Assembly (NCBI GenBank): GCA_964587105.1
Contig: CAZPKG010000004.1
Coordinates: forward strand, 153,443 to 217,442
DNA length: 64,000 bases
Direction of reading: 5' to 3'
DNA from: an uncultured Alphaproteobacteria bacterium
GTDB taxonomy: Bacteria; Electryoneota; RPQS01
The translations under genes were made by a program, and so were the position numbers. The notes beneath the pieces were generated by a model. The model worked only from the letters and a program-made list of their open reading frames with translations. It had not been told where the DNA came from and ran no database searches. Positions 49,415 to 58,272 of the stretch are shown here, in pieces; the stretch's first letter is position 1; every line of letters begins with the position of its first letter.

Positions 49415-51076
49415 TTAGTGTCCGTGACCGGCATGACCTGCATCGGCGGCGCTAATCTTCAATGATGCAAGTCGGACCTTGTATGCACCAATGCTCACAA
49501 CACGCTCGCTTGCATTTAGCCCGCTAATGACTTCGACGTATCCTTCATCCTTTGCGCCAGTCTCCACAACTCGTCGGGCAAACTCCTCTCCTCCGACCTG
49601 TACATAGACTACAGATGTACCATCCTCATCGAGAACTGACGATTCGGGAACCGCCAGTGCTTCCCGCGACGATCGGGTCTTTAGATACACCTGCGCATAG
49701 CTGCCGGGGCGGAAAAGCGAATTAGAGTTATTGAGTTCGAAAATCACTGGAACGCGTCGCGTCACCGGATCAAGCAAAGTACTCACGGTGACAAGTCTGC
49801 CTCCAAGACTGGACACCCGGTAGATCTCGTTGGAACCACTCAAGGAAAATGTGGCATCGTCCACTTGATCCAGTCGGTCGGATTCTGAAACCGGGACTTG
49901 TACTTCCAGCCAAATCCGAGATGGATTAATGATGTTGAAGAGATGCTCCCCCATCACAACGTGCTGACCATAACGCAAATGAATGTCCGTGATTACTCCA
50001 CTGGCCGGAGCACGCAGGTGAAAGTGCTCTCCTTCAGAGAGCATCTCGTCTATGTCTGAGTCCAGTCCGCCAAGCGTGCCTCTTACGCGACTTCGCTTAT
50101 TCTCCAAGTCCAGTCTGGCTTCTTCCTTGCGTTTAGCCGAAACCGCTCCTTCATCCGCGAGCCGGCTGACTCGCTCGTACTCAGCCTTAGCCAGCCTGTA
50201 ATCATTCAGCAACTGCGTCCATCCACTTTCCGGGCCGCCTGACGGTGCAACGCGAGCCAGCACTTCGCCTTTGGAAACTTGCTGCCCCGGCCGAACGATT
50301 CCGTGTTGAGGATCCGGCACTAAGACTCCGTCAAACGGAGCAAATACTTCCGCTTCACCGACACCTGCCGCCTTGATTTCGCCAAGTGCACGAATATTGT
50401 CAGATATGGTTCGACGTTCAACAGGGCGAGATGCAAACTCAACCTGCCATTGCTGCTCTTTTAGAAAATTCACAATCTCTTCGGAAGATCCATTTGCAGA
50501 GCCTTCGTGCCCGGATGATTCGGCGTGTGCTTCACCATCGTCGTGGCCATGCTCTTCACCTTCCGCATGAGCTGCATGATCGTGACCGGCGTGAGCTTCA
50601 CCTTCTGTAGCAAACACGTCAACGTCGTCGAAAACGACACGCTGGATGCGCCCCTCTCGTGTCAGACTAAATACCATCTGATACTCACCTGCGGCGGGAG
50701 CTGTTACATCTAAGTCAAATATTCCCGGACGCGCGGGGCCGGCGGCATCCGCTCTTTGCACTTCCCGATCACGTTGCATGAATTGCAAAGTCAGTGAACC
50801 GGCTCCGACTGGCTTGTTTGTGGCCAAGTCCGTGACATGCGCCAGCACTTCTGTTTCCTGCCCGCCGAGCATTTTCGTCAACTCGACGAAGACTTCAAGG
50901 CTATCTTGCCACACCGTGAAGGACAGCGCCTCGTCGCCGTGAGCATGACCAGCGTGCTCTGCACCGCTCTCTTCGTTGTGGACATTCTGATCGGTGTCTG
51001 TCTTGGACTTACAGCCGAAAATTACAAGCGTGGCTACTAATGACGACACCGTGATCAATGAAGGGTATTTTTTCAT
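49415..51076 (-). CDS. CusB/CzcB-family periplasmic adaptor lipoprotein with His-rich segments
   Basis: Lipobox IFGC; HAGHAHGD and HAGHDHAAHAEGEEHGHDDGEAH tracts; MFP motifs (APFDG, APASGVI, LFRPGSYA, LAVPESSV). Confidence 0.9.
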   Translation of the reverse strand: MKKYPSLITVSSLVATLVIFGCKSKTDTDQNVHNEESGAEHAGHAHGDEALSFTVWQDSLEVFVELTKMLGGQETEVLAHVTDLATNKPVGAGSLTLQFMQRDREVQRADAAGPARPGIFDLDVTAPAAGEYQMVFSLTREGRIQRVVFDDVDVFATEGEAHAGHDHAAHAEGEEHGHDDGEAHAESSGHEGSANGSSEEIVNFLKEQQWQVEFASRPVERRTISDNIRALGEIKAAGVGEAEVFAPFDGVLVPDPQHGIVRPGQQVSKGEVLARVAPSGGPESGWTQLLNDYRLAKAEYERVSRLADEGAVSAKRKEEARLDLENKRSRVRGTLGGLDSDIDEMLSEGEHFHLRAPASGVITDIHLRYGQHVVMGEHLFNIINPSRIWLEVQVPVSESDRLDQVDDATFSLSGSNEIYRVSSLGGRLVTVSTLLDPVTRRVPVIFELNNSNSLFRPGSYAQVYLKTRSSREALAVPESSVLDEDGTSVVYVQVGGEEFARRVVETGAKDEGYVEVISGLNASERVVSIGAYKVRLASLKISAADAGHAGHGH

Positions 51077-51078
51077 GG

Positions 51079-52323
51079 TTAGTTCTCCAGGGGTTCAAGA
51101 CCAGCCACCCGGCGCATTTCGGCGCGGGCCAGGGCCAGTGAGTTTCTCAATCTTAGAGCTGCATCCTGTGCCTCGATGCCGGTACGCAACGCATCCACCA
51201 ATTCCAGCGCACTCATCTCGCCCTCCAAGTACAACCGCACTCCACGCTGCATGTTAACGTTGGCGCTGTCTTCCAGCGAGCCATTCAATGAGAAGTTTAT
51301 CTGCTCGGCAAGCTGAAGTTGTCTGAAAGCTGATCGAACTTGCTGTTCCACAAGTTGTCGCTGACTCCTGTGCTGAATCTCGGCCTGCGCAAGCTCCGAT
51401 CTTGCGACATTTGTTTCGCTTCTACGTTGGCCCCACAATGGGATTTCCAGCTCGCCTTCCACATAGAGTCCGCCGGGACCGGGATCCATAGTCTTGTCGC
51501 CAATTCCAAAACTCATGTCCGGAAATTGACTCCAGCGTGCTTGACTAAGGGCCTTTTGTGCGGCACCGAGTGACTTTTCAGAACGGACGAGTTCTGCTCG
51601 ATGTTGTAGCGCATAGCTCACCGCTTCGTCTTCAGATTTGAACAAAGTTGACGGCGGTTCAGTAAGCTCTATCGTCTGAAAACTCTCAGGCGAAAGCCCC
51701 GTCAAGTGAATCAATTCGGACAGGGCGTTCGCAACCTCTTGCTGGAGCTCCTGTTTGTGATTCTGAAGCTGTATCTTCTCCAACACGAATCTCTGCTCAT
51801 CGTAAGGGGCGATGTCTCCAAGTTCGCGACGAGCTGCGGTCGCTTTCGACAGATGCTCTGACTGCATCAGCACGCTATCCATTAGTTCGCTTTGACGTTG
51901 GAAGCGATCGTATTCATAAGCTTGAGTCAGCACTCGTACAATGAGCTCGCGCTTCGCTTCGACATATTCGGCCTGAGCCGCTTCATAAGCTGACTTGGTC
52001 GAACCACGCTTTGATGCCTGTGACCAGAGAAAGCCCAGGCTCTGCCGCACTCCTATGATGCGCTCGGTAGTTCCGGCGTTATCATTCAGGGATTCTTGCG
52101 ATCCGAACATTGAGGGATTGGGGAAAGCTCTGCTGCCCGTGTATGCTGAACGGGCACGAGATAAATTCGTTTGTGCCTCGGCCAATACGGGTGATGTAGA
52201 GTCGAGAGATGCGATTATCTGCTGAAGCGATAGTGCATGGGGTTGTGCAGCGGAAGGTGAGAAAGGGACTGTAACAAAAAACGCTCCAAGCAGGAGCGTC
52301 AACCAAGTTAGTTGAGATGGCAT
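51079..52323 (-). CDS. TolC/CzcC-family outer-membrane efflux protein
   Basis: Signal peptide; FPNPS; two OEP helical repeats; YLEGEMSALELVDA. Confidence 0.88.
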   Translation of the reverse strand: MPSQLTWLTLLLGAFFVTVPFSPSAAQPHALSLQQIIASLDSTSPVLAEAQTNLSRARSAYTGSRAFPNPSMFGSQESLNDNAGTTERIIGVRQSLGFLWSQASKRGSTKSAYEAAQAEYVEAKRELIVRVLTQAYEYDRFQRQSELMDSVLMQSEHLSKATAARRELGDIAPYDEQRFVLEKIQLQNHKQELQQEVANALSELIHLTGLSPESFQTIELTEPPSTLFKSEDEAVSYALQHRAELVRSEKSLGAAQKALSQARWSQFPDMSFGIGDKTMDPGPGGLYVEGELEIPLWGQRRSETNVARSELAQAEIQHRSQRQLVEQQVRSAFRQLQLAEQINFSLNGSLEDSANVNMQRGVRLYLEGEMSALELVDALRTGIEAQDAALRLRNSLALARAEMRRVAGLEPLEN

Positions 52324-52390
52324 TCCTGTACTCCAAGTTCACATGAGTGTTAGCGCACCTTTTGAGGCGCGGAGTCATCCTATGGGTGAA

Positions 52391-52723
52391 TCAGGAGAAC
52401 AGTCGAGGAGGGCGTTCTATGGCAAGTAGGAAGGTCTCTAAGGTAGGGTTAACGTGGAAGTGCTCAGCCTTTGACACGGGCAAGTGGTGAGCATCATGCG
52501 ATGTTGTTAAGACGCCAATTACGACAGTGTGGCAAAAGCAGCCGCATTTGCAGTCATCGTGTTCTCCGCCTGCAGTCGATGAGGAGTGCTCATGCCCATC
52601 CTCGCAATCATGACCCATCGTCCGAACCAGCGGCGACGCGATGATTAGCAAGCTGAAGACGGTAAGACTGATGATTAGAAGTTGACTTTTCACAATATGG
52701 ACGGCATGTATACCCTTGAGCAT
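52391..52723 (-). CDS. Small exported/membrane His/Cys-rich protein leading the efflux operon (CzcI/DUF2946-like position)
   Basis: Hydrophobic N-terminus; GHDCEDGHEH...HDDCKCGCFCH; ends IERPPR. Start uncertain. Confidence 0.55.
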   Translation of the reverse strand: MLKGIHAVHIVKSQLLIISLTVFSLLIIASPLVRTMGHDCEDGHEHSSSTAGGEHDDCKCGCFCHTVVIGVLTTSHDAHHLPVSKAEHFHVNPTLETFLLAIERPPRLFS

Positions 52724-52978
52724 CAAACTGCAATATACGCCTTTTTGTTCCGTGAAACAATAACTGGGCCGGGATAACACCTGACACATAAGCCACGTCT
52801 ACCTATCGGTCTACCGTCCTCATCTGATAGAGACGGCGGGATGTTTTCTCGCGTTCGCTACAGAAATCACTCGCCATAACTATATATATTACATTGCTAT
52901 AACTCTTAGCTTCTGTCCGGTCTTTCGATCGATGTACTGTTTTTGTCCTGTAAAATTTGTCACTATTTGCTGCCAGAT

Positions 52979-53043
52979 AACAAAACACCCTTGCTAAGTT
53001 CATACTTAACAAGGGTGCAATTGTGGAGACGGCGGGAATCGAA
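52979..53043 (-). repeat. att copy 3: 21-bp tmRNA-like 3' fragment (53023-53043) plus terminator-like hairpin (52986-53017)
   Basis: Minus strand TTCGATTCCCGCCGTCTCCAC; 62/65 identity with 45068-45132. Confidence 0.85.
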
Positions 53044-53138
53044 TTATTAGTCCACTTCTGGTCGTGTACTCTAACAGAAAAAAGAAACAGCCCCTTACAG
53101 GGGATGTCTTCGTCTCAGGATTCTACATAAGTTCAATA

Positions 53139-53180
53139 TTTAGCACGTAACTTCATGCGGATTTAGCACGTTTTTAGCAC
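53139..53180 (+). repeat. Three TTTAGCAC direct repeats (53139, 53162, 53173); candidate arm-type sites
   Basis: The last two are spaced 11 bp apart; related TAGCAC/TTGCAC pair at 35331/35341 in the homologous arm of island C. Confidence 0.55.
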
Positions 53181-53466
53181 ACCTGAATTGTTCTAAGGAA
53201 ACCTTCGCTCGCGCGATTCAAAATATGAATTCGATAAGTCGTGTTCAGAGCCAAATCGAGTGTACTATGACTTCCCGTCGCCATCTGCGTCAATACCCCC
53301 ATGATGTGAACCGCACTTGTGGAATTATCTGATCGACAAGTCAACCTTGTCCCGAACCAATTGATCAAGAGAAAGTGGGTTGACGTTGTTATTATACGAA
53401 GTACATCGCAATCACGACAGTTTTGGGACAGATTGGCACCACGTTGCACGCACCCGACACGAATAA

Positions 53467-53931
53467 CTAAGGATTGTTCACCAGCACGATGTAATATTGC
53501 TGCGTCGCCGGGCCTGCCAGCACATTCGTGTCCGTGTAAAACGTGTCCGTCACGGTTGCAACGAAGTTGCCGGGACCTGGTACAAAATCAATCGAAGGAG
53601 CACGGTGAATCGAATAGCTGCCCGCTCCGGCCCGCGTCTCCCAATAGAGCCGCGCATCCGGTGTCGCTTCTTTGATGACCAGGCGTTGAATCGGCGAGAG
53701 CGGTGATACTTGCAACACGGGCGAGAGGAATCCCGCGTACAAGTTGAAATTCGCGCTCGACTGCACGCCAATTGGCGTCGGCTGCCCGAACGCCGACACC
53801 AGCCCGAAATTCGTTGTACTCGACGCGCCGCCGCCGGCATCCATCACGCTCTTGGTCAACCTGAAATTCTCGCTCTGCGATTGCGCCCACAACAGGGTAG
53901 GGAGGAGGAGAAGAAAAAGTGCCTTCTTCAT
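53467..53931 (-). CDS. Small secreted protein (154 aa) with Gly-rich N-domain and FN3-like C-domain
   Basis: Signal peptide MKKALFLLLLPTLLWA; SVMDAGGG...GQP...YAGF; LYWE...SYSIHR...DTFYTD. Confidence 0.7.
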   Translation of the reverse strand: MKKALFLLLLPTLLWAQSQSENFRLTKSVMDAGGGASSTTNFGLVSAFGQPTPIGVQSSANFNLYAGFLSPVLQVSPLSPIQRLVIKEATPDARLYWETRAGAGSYSIHRAPSIDFVPGPGNFVATVTDTFYTDTNVLAGPATQQYYIVLVNNP

Positions 53932-53942
53932 GGTTCTGTTCC

Positions 53943-56393
53943 TTACTGCTTATCTGAAGTATTCAAACTGCCAAATTGCAAAATCGCGGCCTCTAGCTGC
54001 TTCACACGTTCGTCGAGATTTGCGATTCGCTCGTCCTTCGTCCGGTTGCCCGTAATCAGCTCCGCATTCTGCTTCGCCAACTCCTGCACCGCCGCGAATA
54101 ACACACCGTCCGCGTCAATCGTCGAGATACCGAGCGAGTCGCTGCCCAGTTGGAACGCATTCCAAAAATCCTGCGCCATCGGACCGATGTGCTCGGTGCC
54201 TTCAGCTTCTGACTTGTACTCCCAGTTCTTGATCGGAAGCGCCGCCACTTTGTCCAGAACGGCCTTGGTGTCGGTCAGATGAATGTCGCGCTTCCTTGTG
54301 CTATCAGATACGGCAACCCAAGCGTTTGCGCCGGCCGGAAGGATCGCACCGGACGTTTGTCCCGCATTGGAGTACAAACGGAAACCACCTGCCGCACGGG
54401 CGTTAAACTGATTGGCTACTGAAGATGACAGTACCGATCCGCTGTTGTCCGCGAAGACAAAACAGCCAGAATTGGCCGCATAAGCTTGCCGCCCCATTGC
54501 GACCGAATAGCTCCCCTGCGCCTCATTGCTTCTCCCTCCTGGCACTGATGAATAATCCCCTGAAGCAATGTTCTCGCTGCCGCCACCGATGGTGGAATAG
54601 AATCCTGATGCAAAGTTATTGCTGCCAGCACCAATGAAAGCATGCGTGCCTGAACAAGTATTCCCGGCGCCTCCGACGATTGAGGCATATTGATCGGAAA
54701 CAGAGTTATCCGAGCCGCCTCCGATAAAGCCATATTGAGAAGGCCCTGTAAGGACATTCCGAGCCCCCGCCCCAATAAACGAAAAAGCGGACCTGTTCTC
54801 ATTCGAGGAGCCTCCGACGGTTGCTGCGTTCAGACCAGAAACCAAATTGTCAGAGCCGCCTCCAAGAAACCCATGTTGAGAAGCGCTTTCAAGGGTGTTT
54901 CGAGCGCCCCCTCCTATGACGGAAAAGGCGGAAGTAATATCGTTGCGTTGGCCACCTACAATTGCTGAATAATTGCCCCGAACAGAATTCGAATCAGCTG
55001 CACTAAGTCCGCCGCCTCCACCTATGAACGAGTAATTGCCATGTGCTTTGTTTTCGCGGCCGCCAACGACGACCGAAGAAAGACCGTGTGCAACATTGGA
55101 CACACCGCCGCCAATTATTGAATGTTCCCCGGACGCAACGTTCGCGAAACCCCCACCGACTACCGAAGCAAACTGACCGGATGCGGTGTTACTTTCCCCA
55201 CCGCCAACAGATGAACCATTGCCGGATGCCAAATTGGACAACCCTCCTCCAACGTATGCGTAATGGTCTGTGGCAACGTTGTACTGCCCGCCCCCAACGG
55301 TCGCAAAGTTGCCGAGTGCGGAGTTCCCCAGGCCTCCGCCCGACGTCGAGCCGAGACCTTCGGATTGATTCCCTTGCCCTCCACAGACTGTCGACCACTC
55401 TCCCGATGCCGTATCCTGCACTCCTCCACCGACAAAAGAATATACTCCCGATGCGACGTTGTCCCGTCCTCCTGCCACCACCGCAAAGCTGTCCGATGCT
55501 GTGTTGTTCTGCCCACCGCCAATACGCGCACTAAAGCCGGTCGCGTCATTCTGCTGGCCACCGCCGATGGACGACAAGTACCCTTGCGTGCGATTGATAT
55601 AGCCGGATTGTATGCCGGAATAGAACCCGTCCGCATAATTCCCCGCGCCACCACCCACCACGGCGTAATTGCCCCGCGCGCTGTTCGAGTCCAGAGCTGC
55701 ACTCCCACCGCCACCGCCAACAGTCGCATATATGCCGTTCGCACGGTTAAACCTGCCGCCGCCAATGGCTGTGTTCTGACCGATCGCACGGTTGTCATTG
55801 CCGCCCGCGACGACCGAGTTCTGTCCGCTGGCGGTATTATCCGAGCCGCTGAGAACCGCCGCGCGGTTTGCCGTCGCGCTGTTCGTTCCACCGAGCGCAA
55901 TCGAGTTCGACCCCGAGGCTGTGTTGTTTGACCCTGCCACAAACGAGTTGCTCCCCGAGTTAGTCTGTCCGGGTCCAAATGTCCCCTTGCCCGTGACGGT
56001 GAGGTCGTTGAAGACGGTGCCACCCAGCGCACCGTCCACCGTTCCCACGCGATAAGCGTGACCGACCGAGACGACTTGATTTCTCGGACTCATTTCCGTA
56101 TCTGCACCAATCGTCACGCCCAGCCAACGGTTGACAGCAAACGAGTCCGGCAGCACGGTCACGGAACCTAACAATACGTTGAACAGCCCATCTGTCACCG
56201 TTACGGCTGGATGCGACTCTGTCCAAATCGCCGTTCCGCCTCCGGCGGAGCCGTAAAGCCTAAACGTCATCGCCACCGTCGTGTCGAGCGGTGCGCCGCC
56301 CAACGAGGTCAATTGTCCCTGATAGTTGACAAGTTGCGGTATCGCAAAGGCGTTCAGGGCCGCGGCCAAAAGGGCTGCAAGTGCGGTTTTCAT
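53943..56393 (-). CDS. Secreted trimeric fibre-like protein: Gly/Asn-rich beta-repeat shaft plus Peptidase S74 intramolecular chaperone domain
   Basis: Signal peptide; VNYQGQL...MTFRLY...WTESH...DGLFNVLLGS; about 30 repeats of GG..N.A.G..S; SDSTRK and HIGPMAQDF; terminal coiled coil. Confidence 0.85.
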   Translation of the reverse strand: MKTALAALLAAALNAFAIPQLVNYQGQLTSLGGAPLDTTVAMTFRLYGSAGGGTAIWTESHPAVTVTDGLFNVLLGSVTVLPDSFAVNRWLGVTIGADTEMSPRNQVVSVGHAYRVGTVDGALGGTVFNDLTVTGKGTFGPGQTNSGSNSFVAGSNNTASGSNSIALGGTNSATANRAAVLSGSDNTASGQNSVVAGGNDNRAIGQNTAIGGGRFNRANGIYATVGGGGGSAALDSNSARGNYAVVGGGAGNYADGFYSGIQSGYINRTQGYLSSIGGGQQNDATGFSARIGGGQNNTASDSFAVVAGGRDNVASGVYSFVGGGVQDTASGEWSTVCGGQGNQSEGLGSTSGGGLGNSALGNFATVGGGQYNVATDHYAYVGGGLSNLASGNGSSVGGGESNTASGQFASVVGGGFANVASGEHSIIGGGVSNVAHGLSSVVVGGRENKAHGNYSFIGGGGGLSAADSNSVRGNYSAIVGGQRNDITSAFSVIGGGARNTLESASQHGFLGGGSDNLVSGLNAATVGGSSNENRSAFSFIGAGARNVLTGPSQYGFIGGGSDNSVSDQYASIVGGAGNTCSGTHAFIGAGSNNFASGFYSTIGGGSENIASGDYSSVPGGRSNEAQGSYSVAMGRQAYAANSGCFVFADNSGSVLSSSVANQFNARAAGGFRLYSNAGQTSGAILPAGANAWVAVSDSTRKRDIHLTDTKAVLDKVAALPIKNWEYKSEAEGTEHIGPMAQDFWNAFQLGSDSLGISTIDADGVLFAAVQELAKQNAELITGNRTKDERIANLDERVKQLEAAILQFGSLNTSDKQ

Positions 56394-56810
56394 CGGGATT
56401 CTCCGTGATTTCAGTATTCAACAAGGTATTCTACAATTTACCCTTTGATAAGCAGACGTGTCAACAAACTCATATGTGCTCGAGTATTGTGGTTCGATAT
56501 GCTTCAAGGGTGTTAAAATAATGTAAAATCAAGTTTTAAACACCCGCGATGGGTCATCAAAACAGTGTATACACAAAAACCGAGGCGAAGCACTAATTGT
56601 GGCAGTTTATGCAGCTTGTGAACAAAAATCTAATCCGGTCAGGCCCTAAATTGTAGCAATACTGTGTTTACTGACTACCTTGCTTCGGAGCGTGAAAGAA
56701 GCCGAGTGACCAAGTTCCTGACTGCTGACTCCAGTTCAGTTCGGTCGAAAAGACTCACAAATTGCACTGCTCGCGAATCATACAAAATATTTGACTAACC
56801 ATGAAAAGTA

Positions 56811-56839
56811 TTGACATACCAGCGCCACATTGTTAAATT
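56811..56839 (+). promoter_or_regulatory. sigma70-type promoter with extended -10
   Basis: TTGACA (56811-56816), 17 bp, TG-n-TAAATT (56834-56839); about 40 bp before the GGAGG-preceded GTG at 56879. Confidence 0.6.
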
Positions 56840-56878
56840 CAGGGAAATCCAATTGATTTGAGAAAGCGGAGGCAAATC

Positions 56879-58198
56879 GTGCAGAGGTCATTTCTGTGGA
56901 TTGCATTGATTGTTTCGATAGTTCTCGTCGGCTGTACCAGCGAAAGCGACAACGATGAGTCTAATGGTGCAGCTCGAATTGAAGTAACATACCCTGAATC
57001 CGGCGCAATTCTCGATCTCGGACGTGCGCGTACCCTTCGGTGGGAGTGGCGTGATTTTTCCGGCCCGGTGAGAATCAGCTTGACGGACACACCTTCAGGA
57101 TTCGAGAAGCTGATTGCCGAAAGCGCATCGAACATCGGCACCTATCCAGACTTTGCGCCGGATAGCGTGTGCTTCGGTTGTCGAATCAGAATAGAGAGCG
57201 TGGAACAGCCTGAGGTTTATGACGAAAGCGGACAGTTCAGCGTCGTTTATCCGTGGAGTGTTACATATTTGCAAGAAAACGCTTTGTATGGTGTCGATTA
57301 CGTAGATGATGGCGGTGGAACTGGCGGCCTGTTCGCATGCGGGGGTGACGGTACAATCGTCCATTGGTCGGAGGAATATGGCAGTTACACTACCGTCGTT
57401 ATCGACTCAGACATCGACCTGTATGCAGTAGATGCTGTCTCCGAGACCAGGGCTTGGGTGGTTGGTCAAGGAGGAGCAATCTATCATGCCGCATCTAATC
57501 ATTACGACTGGCAGCCACAGAATTCAGGAGTTACTGTTCCATTGCGTTCGGTCTATTTTGCCAATGATGGATTGACAGGCTATGTTGTTGGCGGCGTTCT
57601 TGGGGCAGGAGGTGTCCTATTGCGAACCAACGATGGAGGCGAGACGTGGAGTGGCAGCATCCTCTCTCTGAGCGCTGCTGCGCTGTGCGTTCACGGCGAC
57701 AGCACGGTGGTATGGATAGGGCAGGAGGACGGCGTAATCTGGAAGCTGCAGGATGGAACAGCAACTACCGACACAACTGACCTCGGGGCAATCACGGATG
57801 TTGCCGCAGACTGGCAACCAGGATTCTTTGGCCAACTGGTCGCGCCAGCCGTTTACGCGATTTCACAGTCGGGCGCCATTCAGCGTTACATCGACTACAG
57901 TGATGGTGGAGTCTGGGAGCCTCTGGCCGAAGGGACATCCGAATCGGCCAATTGGGGCAAACTGTTCGCTAACGAACCATATGACTATTGCTGGGCGGCT
58001 GGTCCCGGATCAGTGCTGCGAACCGGCGGGCCGTACTCATCAGGCTGGTACACTTCAATTGTAGATCCTGAGATTGGCGACGCGTGGGTAATGGACATAA
58101 CCGGTTGGCGGCAATACCGTGATGGCAACTGGTACTTGTGGGCCGTTACGGAGGGAGGCGCGATCTTAACCGCATTCAACGGTGCGCTCGATTATTGA
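56879..58198 (+). CDS. Lipoprotein with Ig-like N-domain and YCF48/BNR-type beta-propeller
   Basis: Lipobox LVGC; WVVGQGGAIY, LRSVYFAND..GYVVGG, LLRTNDGGETW. Confidence 0.75.
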   Translation: MQRSFLWIALIVSIVLVGCTSESDNDESNGAARIEVTYPESGAILDLGRARTLRWEWRDFSGPVRISLTDTPSGFEKLIAESASNIGTYPDFAPDSVCFGCRIRIESVEQPEVYDESGQFSVVYPWSVTYLQENALYGVDYVDDGGGTGGLFACGGDGTIVHWSEEYGSYTTVVIDSDIDLYAVDAVSETRAWVVGQGGAIYHAASNHYDWQPQNSGVTVPLRSVYFANDGLTGYVVGGVLGAGGVLLRTNDGGETWSGSILSLSAAALCVHGDSTVVWIGQEDGVIWKLQDGTATTDTTDLGAITDVAADWQPGFFGQLVAPAVYAISQSGAIQRYIDYSDGGVWEPLAEGTSESANWGKLFANEPYDYCWAAGPGSVLRTGGPYSSGWYTSIVDPEIGDAWVMDITGWRQYRDGNWYLWAVTEGGAILTAFNGALDY

Positions 58199-58272
58199 AA
58201 TCACGCAGCGAGACTGCGCTCCCGATAACCGGCGGTTCTATGGACCATGGCGGTAATGCTTGGAAGACTCTC

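Larger units (their letters stand above)
45112..53043. mobile_element. Genomic island B (about 7.9 kb, heavy-metal efflux cargo) between att copies 2 and 3; no integrase
   Basis: Flanked by identical 21-bp cores; ACAGGACAAAAACA occurs near both ends in inverted orientation (45252-45265 and 52938-52951). Confidence 0.75.

Noticed and set aside
35190-53043. Calling any of the three repeats an intact tmRNA or tRNA-Ala gene
   Set aside because: Each copy starts at the T-loop; the flanking sequence cannot form the T-stem 5' half or the rest of the RNA.
53174-53449. 91-aa ORF next to the island A arm as an integrase remnant (GSHSTLDLALNTTYRIH loosely recalls the LGH...Y box II)
   Set aside because: Needs indels to align, has no R or HxxR motif and looks non-coding; only a profile search of all frames could rescue it.
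55160-56032. Long alternative-frame and antisense ORFs (55160-56032, 55263-55931; also 2087-2776)
   Set aside because: Shadow ORFs of GC-rich or repetitive real genes, with no recognisable motifs.
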